A DNA stretch of 63,760 nucleotides, counting the filler, from Syncephalis fuscata S228 (taxonomy: Eukaryota; Fungi; Zoopagomycota), in NCBI GenBank assembly GCA_025786725.1. It is 5 parts of 5 records of this genome, joined end to end, with 100 filler letters (N's around TTAATTAATTAA, not from the genome) between each part and the next. Parts side by side here need not be neighbours in the genome. Positions count along the whole stretch, not along the records: positions 1 to 26,601 come from JAHLTZ010000110.1; 4 more parts are not named here. One strand, given 5' to 3'. This document shows positions 1 to 11,935 of this stretch, piece by piece; positions within the stretch are counted from its first letter, which is position 1; every line of letters starts with the position of its first letter. Under the pieces are notes generated by a model. The model was not told the DNA's origin. It searched no databases and worked only from the letters and a program-made list of their open reading frames with translations. The translations under genes and the position numbers were made by a program.

Positions 1-1818
1 TAATTAATAAATATTTTTAAATTTTAACCAACAAATAAAATTATACTGATTTATCTAAAGTATTTCAGATATTAAATTTAGCAATTAAACAATTCTGAAT
101 TACATGAAAATACTATTACTGTTTTGATATTCCTGACAGGGTCTTGCAAAAGTGTGACCAAGAGATATACCATGCGATTGTATAGCCAGTTAAAGTCGCA
201 TGTGATTAATCACAAGAATAATATACCTGTCCGATATTAGTACCGATTACTAGTAACAAACGTTTATTACGACAATATGACGAGTAGCTACTTGTTAGTT
301 GCAGGCATGTGAGCAGTTACCTGAACTAATATGCTGCACTAATGATGAAATACTACAAGGCATTCCAGTTCTATTATTAGTTATGTTTACTATATAATGA
401 TAGCTTTATTCAATATCAATAAAGAAATAATCAAGTTTCTAGTCCAATATTATTTCTACTTAGTGTCATACAAGTTATTCAGTTTATTATAGTTAAACTG
501 TGGTAATTAATGACCAATAAGGAATAATTTTATTATAAAAGCAATACAACCAAACAACACACTGTATTCTGAGCGTTAATGTAAGCGTTAATAAGCATCA
601 GAAATTAACGTTACAGAATAGCAACAGGATAAGATGTTGTTTGGTCATCTAAGTTGCGATTTCTAAAACTAGAAGCATAACAGCATTATTACTTTAATCA
701 ACTCAAGTTAACTAGCTGGTGTATCAAGAAAGAGTAAAGATATGCAAAATAAAGCCGCCAACATGGCATTTTCCATTGATAAACTAAAACAATCTACTCG
801 TAATATTCATTTCTAAATTCCACATTAGCCGCGCCAATGTTCTAATTTAAAAAATTTGTGGAACATGGCGAAAGAAGCTTAAAATGGTGTTGTGACAGAT
901 CATTTCATCCACTTGATTTGTACTAAATATTATAATACTTTTATTAGCTAAATAAAAACAACTCTTACACAATATTAAGTACACTATTGGTTATTTAATG
1001 TGATTTGGCAGTTAAATAGCTATAATAGCCATATATTTAAACAAAATATTTGCTTTATTAAAAATGAAGCTGAGTGGTGAGTATTATTGGTTATTAAAAT
1101 ATTTATTTATCATTACTATTGCACTGTACATATTTGCACTGTATACATATACTATGTGTCCGTCTATATCATTAATATTGTATATTGCAAAAACTATATT
1201 AACAAAAACTAAAAGTTTATTGCTAACTGTATTCTTTTAGTAGATTTTAATTCATTTTGTTCATTACTCTTGGTTAATTGCATACAGTATAGTCTCACTA
1301 TCACTATTCACGTATTTGATTTGTTTATTTATTCTATAATATTTTATGCTTTATTGTCATGTTTTATTAAAAAAACGTTTTTATTCTAATTTAGTATAAT
1401 ATTATTTGGCTATATGGTAATAATAGTTTTTTCACTATCTATACCAATCTATGCTTATAGCTAATACGATATAATTGTACATGTCTTTTGTCAATTTAAC
1501 TATTTAATTAATGATTATCGGTTTTTAGATATCAATAAAACATGATTATAAATATAGCTATTTGATTGTATATAGTTAGGATGGAACCATAGGTTTATTA
1601 CAATAAACTTGCACAGTTGAATAGAAACAACTAGATGCAAATATGTTGATAAAATAATGATTCCATTGATTAAAGAATGGATAAACCGGAGCATTGGCCA
1701 AAACTTGATATATAAATAGACTGGACGGCGTAGTTGTCAAATGGTCTTGCTTTTCACTGAGTATATACCTAAAGTGTATTGGAATAGTGGTTTGATTTCA
1801 CCACCAATGCTGATGCTC

Positions 1819-3551
1819 TTATGGTTGTGGGTTATCTGCATTTATAAAGAAAGATATTACATGTCATATAATTAATGTATAATCTATCAATATACAGTAC
1901 TACTTACTGCCTATTATATTAAGTTATTGATACACACAGTATATAGCATTTGGTCAGTACATAGTCAATTAATATACAATGCTACTTACATTCTATTAAT
2001 ATTAAATTGTTGATGAATACAGTAAATAACATTTAGTTAGTGAGTAGCCAGTTAGTATACAATACAACTTACGCTCTATTGATATTAAGTTGTTGATGGA
2101 TACAGTAAATAGCATGTAATTAGTGAGTAGCCAGTTAGTATACAATACAACTTACTATCTATTAGTAGCAAGTTATTGATACACAAAATACACAATATAT
2201 AATTAATAAATAGTCAAGTAATATACAATACTACTTGCCGCCTATTATATTAAGTTGTTGATGCGCACATTATATAGCATGTGGTCAGTACATAGTCAAT
2301 TAATATAAAATTATACTTACAATCTATCAATAATGTTGTTGATTTATAGAGTACATAATATATAATTAGTAAACGGTACATAATATACAATACACTTACA
2401 GGCTATTAATATTAAATAATTAATACAATTAGTAAATAGTATAGTTAATGTATAGTCAGTTGATATACAATATCACTTACTCACTATTAATATTAAATAA
2501 TTAATACAATTAGTAAATAGTATAGTTAATGTATAGTCAATTAATATACAATATCACTTACCGCCTATTAATATTAAATAATTAATACCATTAGTAAACA
2601 AATAGTTAATGTATAATTAGCTAATATACAATATCACTTACATTCTATTAATATTAAATAATTAATACCATTAGTAAATAGCATAGTTAATATATAGTCA
2701 GTTGATATATACTACTACTTACTGCCTATTAATAAGGTTGTTGATGCATACAATACATAACACGTAATTAGTGAATAGTTAGCTAATATACAATAGCACT
2801 TACATCCTATTAATATCAAGTTATTGATACACACAGCATATAGTATATAATTAATCAATGCTCACTTAATATACAATACAACTTACTTTCTATTAGTGCC
2901 AAGTTATTGATACATATAATACACAATATATAATTAGTGCATAGTCAGTTAATATACAATACAACTTACTTTCTATTATAGTAAATTGTAATACACACAA
3001 TACATGGTATACAATTAATTTATAAGTCAGTAACATACAATGCTACTTACTGCCTATTAATATTAAATCATTAATACACACAACACATAATATACAATTA
3101 GCCAATGCTCAATTAATGTACAATATGACTTACAATCTATTATATTAAGTTGTTGATACACACAATGTATCACATAAAATTAGCACATAGTCGGTTAATA
3201 CACAATACATCTTACCATCTATGGTATTAAGTTATGTATACACGTAATACATGTTATTAATTAATTTATAAGCCAGTAATATATAATATCACTTACCGCC
3301 TATTAGCATTAAGTTAATAATACACATAGTATATAACATGCAATTAATGAGTAATTACAGTTAATAAGCAATACAACTTACAATCTAATAGCATCATTAG
3401 TTAGAAATATTATTGGTAAGCAAATGCTATGGCATATTTATTGTTATTGCAACATACCACGACGAACTAAAGCTGGATCAGCATCCACAATGGCTGTAGC
3501 GGCTATCAAAGCCACAAAGATGGTGCAAACGACGGCAATGGAAAGCTTCAT
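1819..3551 (-). CDS. Micro-exon gene 1 (MEG1): secreted 6-Cys prepropeptide, 55 aa, 21 exons
   Basis: Exon 1 (3551-3458, 94 nt) = MKLSIAVVCTIFVALIAATAIVDADPALVRR+G, then GTATGT donor. Nineteen 3-nt exons follow, each between TAG and GTAAG (one GCAAG), lowest coordinates 3382, 3297, 3216, 3134, 3051, 2970, 2887, 2804, 2723, 2642, 2562, 2481, 2400, 2321, 2239, 2156, 2073, 1990, 1908. Introns are 72-82 nt. Last exon 1835-1819 after CAG. Spliced mature part: DCDDCKKRCKCVTYCDKQCNNPQP*. Confidence 0.88.
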
Positions 3552-3687
3552 GGTGATATTGATTTGTTAAGACAAACAAATAAAAGAAATAGTAGAGTGT
3601 GGTTGGTGTAAAGTGGAGAGTAGTGTGTGTTTAGTAAGAAGTAGAGTGGGATGATGATATCGCAGTTATTTGTGTATATTTTGTGGG

Positions 3688-3770
3688 CTATTTAAACTTA
3701 TGATTATGCTGAGTACTAGTATACTGTAGTATACGATATATACCATTGATGTGTGATATGAACCAATAAA
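3688..3770 (-). promoter_or_regulatory. Putative core promoter shared by the micro-exon genes
   Basis: TATA-like TTTAAATAG on the minus strand about 140 nt upstream of the ATG, with plus-strand CCAAT further up. Same block at 17382, 35264 (TATAAATAG) and 40175 (TATAAATAG). Confidence 0.5.
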
Positions 3771-5665
3771 GCAATCCAAACAATGAATTGAGGTGCGCGT
3801 GTACCAATAGACTCATGCCGTAATAGGATGTATCTCAGCCTTGCTTTTAATCTGCTCGGTCTTGATTTTAACCTGCCCGGCCTTTACTTCAATCTGCTAG
3901 TCATTTACACAAATGATGTAAGGGTGTTCGTAATTCAGTACTATGGGATAAAAATTGGCATATTAGCCTGAATTTTTTGTTACACGATTTAACTATTTGG
4001 TAAAAACGATAATGAAGTCTTTGCTGCCATCTCTACTGATTTGATTCTCAATATCTGTTGCATACAGAATAGCACACAACAACACTGATGCAAAAACAAG
4101 TTTGATATGTTAAACTGGTATTTTATACAGGTTTTACTGCCATACATAGGTCAGCTGTAGTTTTAGATTATAAAGTGTGCTGATTGGTACATGAGTGCAT
4201 TTCATTCAACACTATGCCCATTGTTATGGGGCAATCATTGCTTTGAATTCACAAACGCATTACATCCAGGCATATCATGCCACATGTTGTGCAACTACCA
4301 TCATTCAAATGGCGGCTAATCTAAACCACATGAAATTAAATATACAATAAGTATTGTTTGTAGCATAATGCATCACAGCATTTTGAGCAATGGAACATTC
4401 CAACAAGTCATTTTCGTCATCAGTTTTCAGCTGTAAACTAGATTGCATTGGCTAAATTACACGCAATACAATATGCAGACACCAGAATAAACACAATAGA
4501 AAGTTCTGCTCAAATATTACCAATTTCAGTGCATAGTGTCGATGGATTGCATATCGATGAGTAATCATCCAAGGCCTAGGTACTACTTACATTTTCGAAA
4601 CCAATCCTAGCAAGTTAAGCAAGATAGAATATAAACGAACAAGTCAAAGCAGAAACCAATGGAAAAACAATTGGCAGCTCAAAGGATTAATGTTTTGACC
4701 TATAACAAATCATTATAACTATGCTAAACTGGACTGCGTTTATCAAAAGTTGGCTGTTGCTAATGTGACCAAAACAGCAGCAACGTTAAACCGAGATAAT
4801 GCACAAAAAACAAAGAAATGTAAATAAAATTGAATTAACAATTTTAGTAATTAAATCATTTATTATTGTCATTATAATTTATAATTATGGTTGTTTGTGA
4901 GTATAAATATTTACAATCACACTGTAACTTCTTATATACTTACATTTATACGACTACCAACTAAGTCAACTATTATAAGGCTTAGTTTAATTACTTATTA
5001 GAGTAAGCAGTTAATATTATACATTATTGCAATAATAGGAAGACAGATTAATTTTATTATTGATCATTAACGAAAGTTGTATAACTATGTATCAAAATAA
5101 ACATTGAATTAAGCGCGTAGTATTTACATGATCAAGTCATTTTTACTTTAACTCTCACATTTTTATTTACTCATTTCACTCCCTTTTTCTATTGCTATCT
5201 TATTATTCTATTCAGTAATATAGTATACAATAATACCGAATATAACAATATAAATAGCATGTGTATTTGAACATCAATAAAAAACACTATTCAATTCTTA
5301 GTCTTTATTTCCCTTATTTTACATCAACACCTGTTTAAGTAACCTCAACGGTATGCCGTATATTCTGGTTACAACTGTTGCCACAAGATCTTCCTGGTGA
5401 AGACGCTCAACTTATCATTATTGCATATGGTGGAGACCATTTGTTTTATCAATGGTTGGCAAATAATCTGCATTTACCAAGTTGATATCAAGAATGCTCA
5501 AGACAATGGTGAACATTAGGGATGCTAGTCGTCCTACCTTTTTGTCACCATAGACAAATATTTTACATCGCAAATATGCCCAAAATGCAACAGCAGAAGA
5601 TTGGGGAATAGAAGGGACCATTCAGACGCAAGAAACCACACGGTACATAGTAACAACAATAACAA

Positions 5666-5995
5666 CTGCAGAATGGCGTGGAATCGCAATCACATGGCTT
5701 TTATTAATATTTAATCAATTTTTCTACGCATGACCAACAACAATAATGATAGGCCTCGTGAATTTCAAAGTAGTCAAATAGCATGTTACAGTATTTATTT
5801 AAATGTTTAAAATAGAAGTTATTAATATAATGTTCTGTTACATTTAATTTTATTTTATGAAAATAATAATGTTATTATATTAATATTAATATTTATTGTG
5901 AATGATCATTTAAACACAAATTAATCCAATCAATTCGTTAACTATTTAAATCACTACAATTGATTGCGTAAAATGATTTGCTGCTTTAGGGGATT
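5666..5995 (+). repeat. Dispersed non-coding repeat
   Basis: 5666-5800 resembles parts of 30219-30480 and 52993-53245 (GCTTTTATTAATATT...ATCAAT...CCAACAACAA). 5852-5995 resembles 50972-51095 (TTTATTGTGAATGAT..TTTAAACACAAA...GATTGCGTAAAA). Confidence 0.75.
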
Positions 5996-6072
5996 AGAGT
6001 AGATATTAGCCATGTAGTTTTATTTAATTGTTAGAATCAAGAAATAAACCACATTTGTATAAAACCATTCAT

Positions 6073-7508
6073 TTAAAGATTAGCAGCACCAGAAATAAAG
6101 AACCACTTGTCAACTATGATATTATAATTATAATCATTAATATTTACTAATCTACTCTATCGAGTAGTGCTTACCAGATGAATCAATAGGATGTGGTACC
6201 AAATTCTCGCCCTAATTAATAATAGATTATATTAGACATATTATACTTGATCAATTCATTATAGATCAATACTTGCCTGTGGAATGCTCTTAGCCACTGG
6301 ATCATCGTGTGTAATCTTGGCTGGACTGCCTTCAACCGTAAGATTGGTGCTAAAGTAAAGGATTAGTATAGATTATAATTACTTTAATAACTTACATGTT
6401 CAAATCGTATTTATCAGTCTTGGCCGGTACTTTGCCACCAATCAAACGCTTCCAGGCTTCGTGGGTCTCAGCAACAATTTCTGTGGCATATTTCTATAAT
6501 GATGGCTATGGTTAATTAACGTAGTAGCAACCATTTATAGCAACTTACCTTATTCTTGGCTTCACCACTGAATGCAAATTGATTTTCAGGCTTGCCATCA
6601 GGGATCTTATAAATACGGAACCATTCGTTGGTGGCACGGATAAGACCGGGTAAATGGCGTTCAACATCCTCAATATCTAATAACGTTAATTCATACATAT
6701 TATATAAGACATAAATACACTTTATTTAGTATTACTACTTACCATTAAGCTTGTTGGCCAATGGATCATTGACATCAATAGCCAATAATTTCCAATCAGT
6801 TTCACCTAATGGGTTGGTATACATATTTATTATTATTATTATTATTATATTATATATAAAACTACCTTCATCGAGCAAAGCCATGACACCAAGAATCTTT
6901 ACTTGTTTAACTTGACCGACATAACCGACTTGCTCACCAATTTCACAAACATCAATAGGATCGTTGTCTCCGCGTGCCTTTGTCTCTTCATGTGTATGGG
7001 TTGGATCCTCCCAAGTCTAGTAATATCAATAGAATGGTTATATAACTATTAAATTTATTTATTAATCCATTTATTTACCTGAGGCAATGCGCCATAGTTC
7101 CAAATATAGCCATGGTGTGGGAAGCAGTTGCGCACATAGCGAAGTTTACCCTTTTTAACATCTTGTTTAATAGGTGTTAATGGTTCACCTGTAGCAATCT
7201 AAATATCAACATAATATAATAAAATATTATATAATGTTAATAGTAACATAATAATTAATTACCTCTAATTTGGCATTGGTCCATCGTGGAATTTCAACAA
7301 CCATATTGACAATGGTTTTACGGTCATTGGCGTACAAAGGAATATCATGGAATGGTGATATGACAACACCGTCCTTTTCTATTATATATATAAATATAGA
7401 TATTATTAATATTATTAATATAAAAAATTAACTATTAAACTAACCGAAATAGACGCGGTGGTCTAGAGTGTTGGGAGCACCAACAACACGGGTTTTGTAT
7501 TCAGACAT
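6073..7508 (-). CDS. IPP1: Inorganic pyrophosphatase, family I, multi-exon
   Basis: [83 protein letters not shown], ending [12 protein letters not shown]. Confidence 0.96.
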
Positions 7509-7971
7509 GGCTGTAGTAGTAAGAACGCGACGGTAAATAAGCGAGTAGGTAGTAGATAGAGAGGCAAGTGGTGTGGTTGGAACGAGACAATGACGCGTTC
7601 GAGTGATCAATGGAAAAGAAAGAGAAAGAAGAGGCGGCGTTCTCAGTCTCATGTTTGAAGATAAGCAGCCTCGAAGTGGCAGGTGCGGTATTTTGATAAC
7701 AGTTGCCATTCTCAACTATCTCTGTGTGTGTGTGTATCTCTAAGATGCAGGTAAAAAAATGTACAACCTTTCTTTTACGTTGATTTCGCTAATTGGTTTC
7801 ATAGTCTATCTTGATTGATTCAAGTCTATTTGAAATAAGATTCAGATGGATACGTGTCATATCAATAGAAACACAAGTAGTTTGATATTGAGCAACGACA
7901 CTATTGCTATTGCTACGGTTAGAAGACTATTATTATTACTGCTATTACTGCTATCTCATCAACTGGTCAGC

Positions 7972-10783
7972 ATGTCTCAACATATTAACACGGTTGCTTT
8001 AACCTCGAATGCGACAGCTGAGGTAAAGCTAGATGGTGTACACTGAAAGGACAGTGCTCTAATACTAGTGTATAGGATATTCGACTAGCTAAAGATGTAC
8101 GGAAACATGCAGTTGAAGTAGCCGATGAATTAAAGGGCCTTGAGCTGATTTATGCAGCAAAGTGTAAATATTAACTAACAACTAGTAGAATAGACATGCT
8201 AATTATCACGCTAGATAGCAAACAGATGCCGCGTGCATTAGCAATACAAGAAGAAATTGAGGTAGGCACAAACGAACATTAATCCATTAGAAACCAATAA
8301 TTAATAGTGAAGGATAGCAATGTCAACATCTAGTAGATAGTATGGAAGAGACACTATTGGGATTTCAAACATCGTTGGCTGAAGTAAGTCGCGGTATTAT
8401 GCATATTCAACAAAGTTCTGCCACCATGACACAACATTTACATAATCGCAAAGTAAGTGATCATCAATACACGTAATTATTTGTTGATTTATCATTAGAT
8501 TGGACAACAAGCATTGGATAGAAATTTAACTAAATTAGTGGTGCCGCCCTCATTGATTGTGTAAGTGGATAATGTTAGTATTAGTGTATTTAATAGCTCA
8601 ATATATTTGCTAGAACCATTCTACAACAGCCTATTGATGATCCATATATGGATGCATTAGCGATTCTTCATGCCAAATTACAATATGCACGACGATTAGA
8701 AATGGACAAAACACAGCTCCCGTCCGATTTACGTGATGCACTTGAACGGCTAAGATTAGCGGTAATTACTCGTTATGTATCTGTTCATCAAGTAGTAATT
8801 AATCTTAAATACATATAGGCAACAGCTCGTGTACGAAAGTTTTTATTAGAAAAGGTTGAATCCCTACGAGTACCCAATACTAATGTTCAAATTATTCAAC
8901 AAGCCGTACTATTACGGCATCAACCAGCATTCCGATTCCTTAGAAAATGGCATGTAGAGGCCGCTTCCGAGATACTACAGTCTTATATCAATGCCATGAT
9001 GCTATACTATTTAGATAACTTTGAACAATATAGTCGTGGGCTATGGCGGTTACTTGTATGTAATTCTGGCTTGTATAATAAACAAAGCGGCTATAATAAT
9101 AATAACTGTTCTATTTATTAGGCACCTGTAGTAGAAAAGAACGATTTAACTATCTGGGATGATACAAGTAAATCGTGTAAGTAAATTACGGTATTCAAGT
9201 TATATATTCACTGTATATACATAGTGTTTGCAACTTATAAAGCAGCCGCTTCACCCGAGACGTTTAAAGTCGCAGAACGGATAAAAATACTCGGCTCTAC
9301 CGATGGTGAAGTTATTTTAGCCCATATGGCCGAAGGATCTATGGTAAGTCGTCAGTCTATCGAATATAGATAAGCGACAGGAATGAGGCATTTTACTAAT
9401 AGTTGGATCATGAATAGACATTTCCATTAGAAAAGATTATACGCAGTATTCACGCGGCTCTTCGTGATAATGCCTGTGCAGAGTTTGTATTTATTTTACA
9501 GTTTTTTATTCATCGTTCCGAGTCAGAAGGGGCCGACATATTTACCAAAGTATTTCGGCCTACATTAAATGCACTATTGGTGGGTTATTTAAACAATTGC
9601 CATTATCGACGTATGACTTGTAATACTGATCTATCAATGATTACTAGGCCGATATACGACATGCAGTAGAAAATTCGTTTGATATACTGGGCTTAATTAT
9701 GTCGGTACGTGTACTTGAGCAGATTGGCATTGAAATGGAACGACGCCAAATGTCCATTCTCGACCATTACCTACAAGAGGCCATTATGACTATTTGGCCC
9801 AAGTATCAATTGTTGATTGATCGTATTGTTCGTAATATCCGCGAATTACCAGTTAAAAAACTTACGAATAATATTCAAGTTGGACCACACACGGTAGTAA
9901 TCAATACTATCTGTTATAACCATCTGCTCATCGCTATTTACATATAATTAGACCACAGTAAAATTTGCCGAATTAATTGCCGCCATTCTTGAACTATCTT
10001 TGGGTCCAAATGATGGTGTCGTGCAAAATAGGTGGGCAAATTATTGGTAACATTTATTTATCACTTAATTTTTAACGTATCTATGATCAGTCTTTTGAAA
10101 TTAAGATCTGAATTTAATACGCTATTTGATAAAATGGCCGCTTCATTTCCGGCCATGGTAGATCGACATGCATTTTTTATTAATAACCTTGCCTCCATTC
10201 TTTCCAAATTAGTAGGTATTTATGGGTGGTTATACTATTGAATACACGGCTCTACTTGGTTCGCTTTTTCTTACACTGACATATACTGGACAATTAGTCA
10301 CGATCTAGCGGAGAGGAACCAGTATTATTACATTATCAACAAGCATATGAAACTCATGTAACCGAACTCGTAGAACAGTTGCTCGATCAGCATTTTCCAG
10401 AGCTGGCCCATTTGGCACGAGCAGCAGAAGCCGCTGCACCCACCCTTCCCAATTGCGATCAAGGTAGGCTGATAGACATTATTGCCAGAATAGTTTATAT
10501 GCTGACACGATGCGTGTTTATAGATCAATTGGCGCATATTTCTCAAAATTTCAACGAACGATGGATGAATGAAATCGATGAGCTTAACCATAAGGTTCAA
10601 CAGCGTATCAGCAGTCATCAGGCTCAGGTTGAACTGATGCAGGCCATTCTCTCCCGTCTTATGGCCTACTATACGCATTTCTATCTTTTACTCGAACAAG
10701 TACTTGATGTCCATGCACTCGACTGGACACCGCTAGGTGTGCAGACATTGATGGTAGATATTAAACGATTTGCATTTCAATAG
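7972..10783 (+). CDS. VPS52: GARP complex subunit Vps52/Sac2-like, many exons
   Basis: Exon translations such as LLGFQTSLAEVSRGIMHIQQSSATMTQHLHNRK, LERLRLA/ATARVRKFLLEKVESLRVPNTNVQIIQQAVLL, LRDNACAEFVF and FFINNLASIL resemble Vps52. Start codon is tentative. Confidence 0.8.
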
Positions 10784-10811
10784 CGCCTTGCCGATCGGCC
10801 GATTTGATTTA

Positions 10812-11211
10812 CTAGAGAGAAGTCGTTGTAGCTGCTAATAACCAGCGGCGTCCTACACCTAGCCAGGCCTCCCAGTAGTTGGTCCACACTGTATACAATC
10901 ACAGACAGACGAATATATGAATAAATACATGCATAAATACATAAATACGCGTCAGTGCTTAATAACTTGCCCCAAAATGCAAACCGTCGTCCAAACCAGC
11001 GACCAATAAACGGAATAGCAATACCCGTTACTAGAAACTTCAATTCGCGTATATTCTCCTCCCACTCGGCTTCCCAGTCGGAATCATCGTCGTCATCACT
11101 GTACTTTGCTATACTATCCTCGTCTGTGTCTGACCATATAGAGTCAGATAGCAATGAATCATTAGCTATGGACGCATCGACGTCCAACCCAGTTGTGTCC
11201 GTGTCTGACAT
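10812..11211 (-). CDS. MIM2: Mitochondrial import protein Mim2-like
   Basis: Acidic N-terminus, then EAEWEENIRELKFLVTGIAIPFIGRWFGRRFAFW. A probable GC-AG intron leads to the last exon VWTNYWEAWLG...TTSL*. Confidence 0.72.
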
Positions 11212-11935
11212 GACGAAGCAAAAATAAAAAACTAAAAGGGAAGAAGAAAGAGAAAGACAAGTGGATGTTTGGCTAGGTGGAACTAAGCATAGTTGTATAT
11301 TATTAATAATTTATAATGATATGTTATTTGCTGCTGTTTGGCGTTCTTCAATGGTCGATGCCATGGCTGGTGCACGACGAAGTTGGGCCACGCTGTCGCA
11401 AATGAGCTTTTAAAACAAGCAAGCGATAAGTAACAGATGTGTACATTTGTATACACTGATAGTCCACTGTTTATGTATCGTTTACTTTGCTACACTATGC
11501 GCTAGTGTCTTTTATTTCCAATATATAGTAATTTTACTCCTTCGTCATATACTTTATCTTCTTATTCATGCTTAGCCCATTGCTAATTCCATTTTGTCTA
11601 TTTTACAATGAATTGTGCGCAGATGATACTATATACTATTACTAGCTACTGTCATATGAATAAACTTATTAGCATTTCTATGATAATTAAATTAATGGAC
11701 AGTTCGTTTAAATTGACGCTTATTGACTATTAAAAGCATTAATAAAATAATACTTGAACAATAATGATTTAGAATAAATTCGAATTTATTGCTTATGACA
11801 TTTAGTTTTGCAATTTAAGATACTATGGCTGGTAATATAACTAAGTATTATACTCATAAACAACGGGAAGTGAATTGGGTATACGATAGTTATGTTTATA
11901 TGCCGAAAATATTATCTGTAAACTCGGTTTTATTG

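Larger units (their letters stand above)
1..4850. repeat. Segmental duplication unit carrying the micro-exon gene and its flanks
   Basis: Flanks align by eye with 31090-36057 and about 37110-41450. Shared strings include GGATAAACCGGAGCATTGG, CACTATGCCCATTGTTATG and AAACCGAGATAATGCACA. Confidence 0.9.

Noticed and set aside
1860-3400. CRISPR array or plain minisatellite reading of the ~80-bp repeats (also 14.4-17.1, 32.4-35.0 and 37.5-39.9 kb)
   Set aside because: The context is eukaryotic with no cas genes. The repeats are degenerate, the variable part is only 3 nt and is bounded by splice signals, and it splices into sensible peptides.
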